A stretch of 63,973 nt of DNA, counting the filler, from Circinaria calcarea (taxonomy: Eukaryota): assembly GCA_051942165.1 (NCBI GenBank). It is 14 parts of 14 records of this genome, joined end to end, with 100 filler letters (N's around TTAATTAATTAA, not from the genome) between each part and the next. Parts side by side here need not be neighbours in the genome. Positions count along the whole stretch, not along the records: positions 59,511 to 63,973 come from JAVECS010002316.1; 13 more parts are not named here. One strand, given 5' to 3'. Positions 59,512 to 63,973 of this stretch are shown here, piece by piece (positions within the stretch are counted from its first letter, which is position 1; every line of letters starts with the position of its first letter). Under the pieces are notes generated by a model. The model worked only from the letters and a program-made list of their open reading frames with translations. It was not told the DNA's origin and ran no database searches. Position numbers and translations under genes: made by a program.

Positions 59512-62500
59512 CCCACTTCCATTACTTTACCCCCATTACCTCAGGCCGGTGACTCTGCCAATTCCCCATCCACGGCTGCCTCTGCCACACCGGCGACAGG
59601 TGAATTCCTTACGCCTTCGACCAACATTTCCGCTATACCAGATTATTTCGGTGATAGGCGGTCGAGTAGGTCTCCGCAGAAGCAGAGAAAAGAAGCATCT
59701 CGCATCCCACTAACACCACCGTCCAATGCATCTCCACGATTCGTGAGGAGGAACGTCCCACATGGAGATGGTCAGGCCATAGCTCTAGATCAGTCGAGCT
59801 TGAATGGGTCCCCCAACTCTTCCCGTGCACATTCTAACGACAAACGCCAAATTCGTGGTCATCAATCGCAGTCTAGACGTATACGGAACCGTGATGAAAC
59901 AGGGAAAGGTAGCGGGGGCACTGAGGGGGAGAGTTCCGCATCCTCTGTGCCTAGCCGTCGCGAGAAAGGACGGCGGAGGAGGATACCGTCACAAAAGGCC
60001 ATGTTGGCCAAGGCTCTTCAGAAAGCCAATCATGCGGTGGTCCTTGATAACGCACAGAATTTTGAAGGAGCCATGGATGCGTACGGCGATGCATGTGATT
60101 TGTTGTTACAAGTAATGCTACGTAGTTCAGGTGACGAGGATAGGAAGAAACTTGAGGCAATCGTAAGTGTTATAGATTGGTGTTCAATCATCAGTGGGCT
60201 TGCTGACCTACTGTGCAGCGTAATACCTATAGAAGTCGAATTGACGAGCTAAAAGAGAGCGAAATGCTAGGTCTGAATATTGATACCAAAGCCTTGCCAG
60301 AACGCCCAATGAGCCTAGACTCTAAAGAACAGGACCCATTTTCACCAATAACAGATGATGACGATGATCCGGCTGCGAATGCCACAACGAACGCTCAGCA
60401 TCAAGGCTTTAGTCAAGGCCAGGTAGGCGATCGCGTGCTGCCACGAACCCTCACCAGAGAGCAACTGCCACCACGTCGACAATCACTACTGCCATTTGTT
60501 TTCAGTGAGGAAGACATAGCTGCGTCGATGAGATACATGGAGGAGCAAGGGATCCATCCAGCTCTGCGGCCGAATGACAGTCTGCAGGATCCAACATCGA
60601 ACGTAACAGCCGGCCTCGCCTCACTAATGGTACAAGAGTATATGCCTCCGCCATTATCACCTCGGCGCCCTCTCTCACCCACTGCGTTGGAAAGGGGCAT
60701 GTCGAACCATAGCCAAACGGCTCCAGCATCATTCGAAACCATTCCCTCTCAACACACTCGACAGGAGACCACCGAGTCGACGTCGTGGCTTGATACAATT
60801 GATGAGTCTGGAGGGTCTTCGGCTTCCTCTATTCATTCTGGATCATCACCGGTGAGACTTCGAAGGAAACGTATCCGAGCTCCTAGCGGCGCAACGGAAG
60901 CTGAATTTGATGCCGCACTGGACGCGGCAGTAGAAGCGGCATATGACGATGGCTTGGAGCCTATGGTTGACGGAATTGATGAAACTCCTACGGCAATCCC
61001 TAATGCCGTAAATCACAACATCTATGTTTCCGAAGCGAGGAGGAATGTTGACATTGCTAAGGAACGCGTTCGCGAAGCCGAACGAGAAGCTGCAGTTGTT
61101 ACGGCGAAAAATCATGAGAAAAGGAGACTCCTAGAGGAACTTGTCAGACGTGGCCGCAGTGACAGCAATGACCCAGAGTCTATGGGTCTTACGGGAGGTG
61201 ATTCGGATGAAGAAGAGCGTATTTTGGAAGAGATGACTAAAGACTTCATTATGGACGATACTGATTATGACATGCGAACAAAGTCTGCTCTTCCACGGCA
61301 ATCAGATTCTAGTGGCTTCTCGGGACGAACCTGGGGCACCTCGACTGAATCAAATCCTACGTCTGCGGGAACTACTCTGTCAACTGTTGCTGAGTTCTCT
61401 GTCTTGCCTTGGCTTCCAAATCAGATGCATTCCATGACACATACACTGCCAGCATATCCGCCTCCCATGGGTGCACTGCCGCCACCACCTGGCATTACCA
61501 AGAGTATTACCAAGAACACCTTGACGACAAGCCAAACGCAGCCTAGCCCATCAAGACCTTCGAGTTTGTCGATAATATCCGGTCCAGGAGTTCGAGCGCG
61601 CAGACTTTCAGGACAGACAATTAAGCAACTGAAAATTGATACAAACACAAGATTGCCTCCTGGCATGACAGCTCCAAAAACACAACCGGCATCGTTACTT
61701 CCACCCGTTGTATTAGCTCCGGCTCTCAGTGAGCCACCCAAATCTGCCTTTGTTATTCGAGAGTCGCAACAGTTACTTCCGAGTTCGACCGTTGAACCTA
61801 CTTTACACACCGGTGAGACTTACCTGACATCAACCCTGTTGCCTTATCCTAGCTCGTCCAAAATTTCTCTTTCGATACCCGTCCTAACCAAAGACACCTC
61901 TTTAGATCACGGGTATCGCACGCCATCTATTCCTGGCTCACCTAGCCGGCTGTCAGACAAGCTTGCCATAGGACCAGGACCGGGAACGCTGAGGAAAAAC
62001 TACTCCTCAACGAGCCTGAAGAACGGAAAAGTTTCGTCTTTCACTGCAAACCAATCCGACGATTCTGCCGGTACTCCCCTGATGAAAGTATTCTCGACCG
62101 CATCCCAAAGTCGCCATGGTGCGCAATATATTTCCACAGAGGTGCCTACGCTCACGGGCGCGAGTGTGAGTGGCATACCGACTGGTGGAATGCATTATTT
62201 TGATCATGAGATACACTCTCCAACTAGCCCCGGTTTACCGAACTTATCAGCGTTGAATGCGCCGCTTCCTCTCGAACCATGCCCTGAATCGTCCCTCCTA
62301 CGACCATTTTGGTTCCTGAGATCGGTGTTTCATACGCTTGCTCAACCACGGGGAGGGTACCTCTCCAATCGTCTTTTTGTACCCCGTGATATCTGGCGCG
62401 TCAAGAATGTCAAGCTCAAAGGGTTAGATGACAAGATATCTAACCTCGACATGCTCACGGCAGCTCTACTTAAACTAAGCAAGGTCGATACCCGGGACGC

Positions 62501-63186
62501 CGACGCCGTACTCAAGGAGATGCAGTCTTTGGAGACAATTATGGATCAGGTCCAGGCTTTACTGATTAGAAAACTTGGCGGAGACGTTGGTGTTCAAGGA
62601 TCAGCAGCTCTGTTCAAAGGGTCTCCTGTGGTTGAGGAACCCGGGACCACCAACGGCTTGCAGACAGCAAAGAGCGCAACTTTGAGTAGTAAGTCCTACC
62701 TGTCCTCTTGGCGGAAACTTCGGTCAAAACCCTCGACCGCGCCAGGGCTACCTTTGGGGATAGCTACAGTCCCTGGCAAAGAAGGGCCCAAAGAGAACAT
62801 TCATACCATCAGTTCTTTGCCAATGACGAATTCGGTCAATCCGAGGTTCGCGAAGAGGGACGTTAATAAAGTGCAGGCCATTGGTCCGAATGCACACTAC
62901 ATGAGTGCGCTTGCAAGATTTTGTGACGCGGTGCAGATTTTGGGTAAGCTGATCAAATGATGATCCCATCCCCCCTTACCGCCCTAACAGCTTCATAGAT
63001 CAAATCGCACGCCAAGTGGAAGATCCCGGCTTAAAGCGCTCGTCGAAAGCTCATGTCGGGCTGGAGCTCAGCACCCGGCACGCGGCCGAGTTCTTTGGAT
63101 TCTATGTATGTAGATTTGTTATGAACGATATTGGATTGATGCTGGATAAGTTTATCAAGCGAGGGAGCGAATGGGTATTGGCGTAA
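59512..63186 (+). CDS. MIT-domain-containing protein (5'-truncated); 2 introns
   Basis: SQKAMLAKALQKANHAVVLDNAQNFEGAMDAY...RKKLEAI|RNTY, PLEPCPE..LLRPFW, GGYLSNRLFVP, and C-terminal FFGFYVCRFV.NDI..MLDKFIKRGSEWVLA*. Confidence 0.88.
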
Positions 63187-63638
63187 TCGACTTCACCGGA
63201 ATCATCGGAATCATCGGCAGCACACGGGCTATCGCTGGGATCTCAGGTCTGAGTATAATGTTCTGGAAGGAGGCGAGGCGTCACCGCTGCATGTTCATCT
63301 TGGGCTATCTTTTGCTATCTGCTACTCCAAGATATCAAAATCATTTTTTATAGCATCATCCTCGCCATCTAAAAAATCCCATCATGCCATCTGTGACGTG
63401 GTCCCCCTTTCAATGTCGGACCATCTGTTAATCCGATCGACTTTCCTTTTCGATGAAGCGAAGGGATACTAACACGTTGCGGTATGACGACCAGACCTCT
63501 TCTAATTTATTTCGTCTTCTGTCCTCGACGTTGAACCGAGCTAGTTTCGTAAAGAGCGAGATAGCGACCTGCCATCGCTGAGTCGCCAGCCGCAACGTCG
63601 ATCCGAAACCCCGTCTTCCTCTCCCCACTCATCTCCCA

Positions 63639-63960
63639 CTCATTATCTCCCACTCATCATCTCCCACTCATCATCTCCCATTCATCATCTCCCGCTTATC
63701 ATCTCCTATTTATTATCTCCTATTTATCATCTCCTATTTATTATCTCCTATTTATTATCTCCTATTCATCATCTCCCACTTATTATCTCCCACTCATCAT
63801 CTCCCACTTATTATCTCCCACTTATCATCTCCCACTCATCATCTCCCACTCATCATCTCCCACTCATCATCTCCCACTCATCATCTCCCACTTATCATCT
63901 CCCACTTATCATCTCCCACTCATCATCTCCCACTCATCATCTCCCACTCATCATCTCCCA
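63639..63960 (+). repeat. 14-bp minisatellite (CTCATCATCTCCCA) x23 with C-to-T variants
   Basis: 322 bp = 23 units; variants range up to TTTATTATCTCCTA. Confidence 0.95.
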
Positions 63961-63973
63961 CTCAAGTTGCCCC

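Overview
This is not one continuous locus. It is 14 unrelated contigs of about 4.46-4.49 kb, sorted by decreasing length and joined by identical 100-bp artificial linkers (44 N + TTAATTAATTAA + 44 N). Gene neighbourhood therefore only means something inside a contig. The DNA is from a filamentous ascomycete (Pezizomycotina): short GT-AG introns with CTRAC branch sites and fungal gene families. Recognisable genes, many cut by contig ends: chromate transporter, gamma-glutamyltranspeptidase, RNF216-like RBR E3 ligase, LYC1-like GNAT, FPR4-type FKBP, an atypical NDR kinase, a YbdR-like Zn dehydrogenase, a mitochondrial carrier stub, a DUF2293 protein, secreted alkaline phosphatase, an intracellular S8 subtilase, a FAD monooxygenase, a C2H2 transcription factor, RRP40, SSZ1, GTB1, a BTB-like protein, two PTH11-like proteins, the start of a reducing PKS with a nearby enoyl-reductase-like gene, ERB1, SAS10 and a MIT-domain protein. 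There are also two likely pseudogenes. Most notable: (i) two adjacent 155-bp TA-flanked MITE-like elements, only about 69% identical but each with self-complementary, covarying terminal inverted repeats, in the PKS/PTH11 divergent promoter; (ii) that PKS + PTH11-like + trans-enoyl-reductase cluster fragment; (iii) an S8 protease of the type linked to fungal gasdermin cell-death loci; (iv) a 14-bp minisatellite carrying a RIP-like C-to-T mutation gradient; (v) two apparently non-canonical splice sites. No tRNA, rRNA or CRISPR array was seen. All calls come from reading motifs by eye; no database searches were run.
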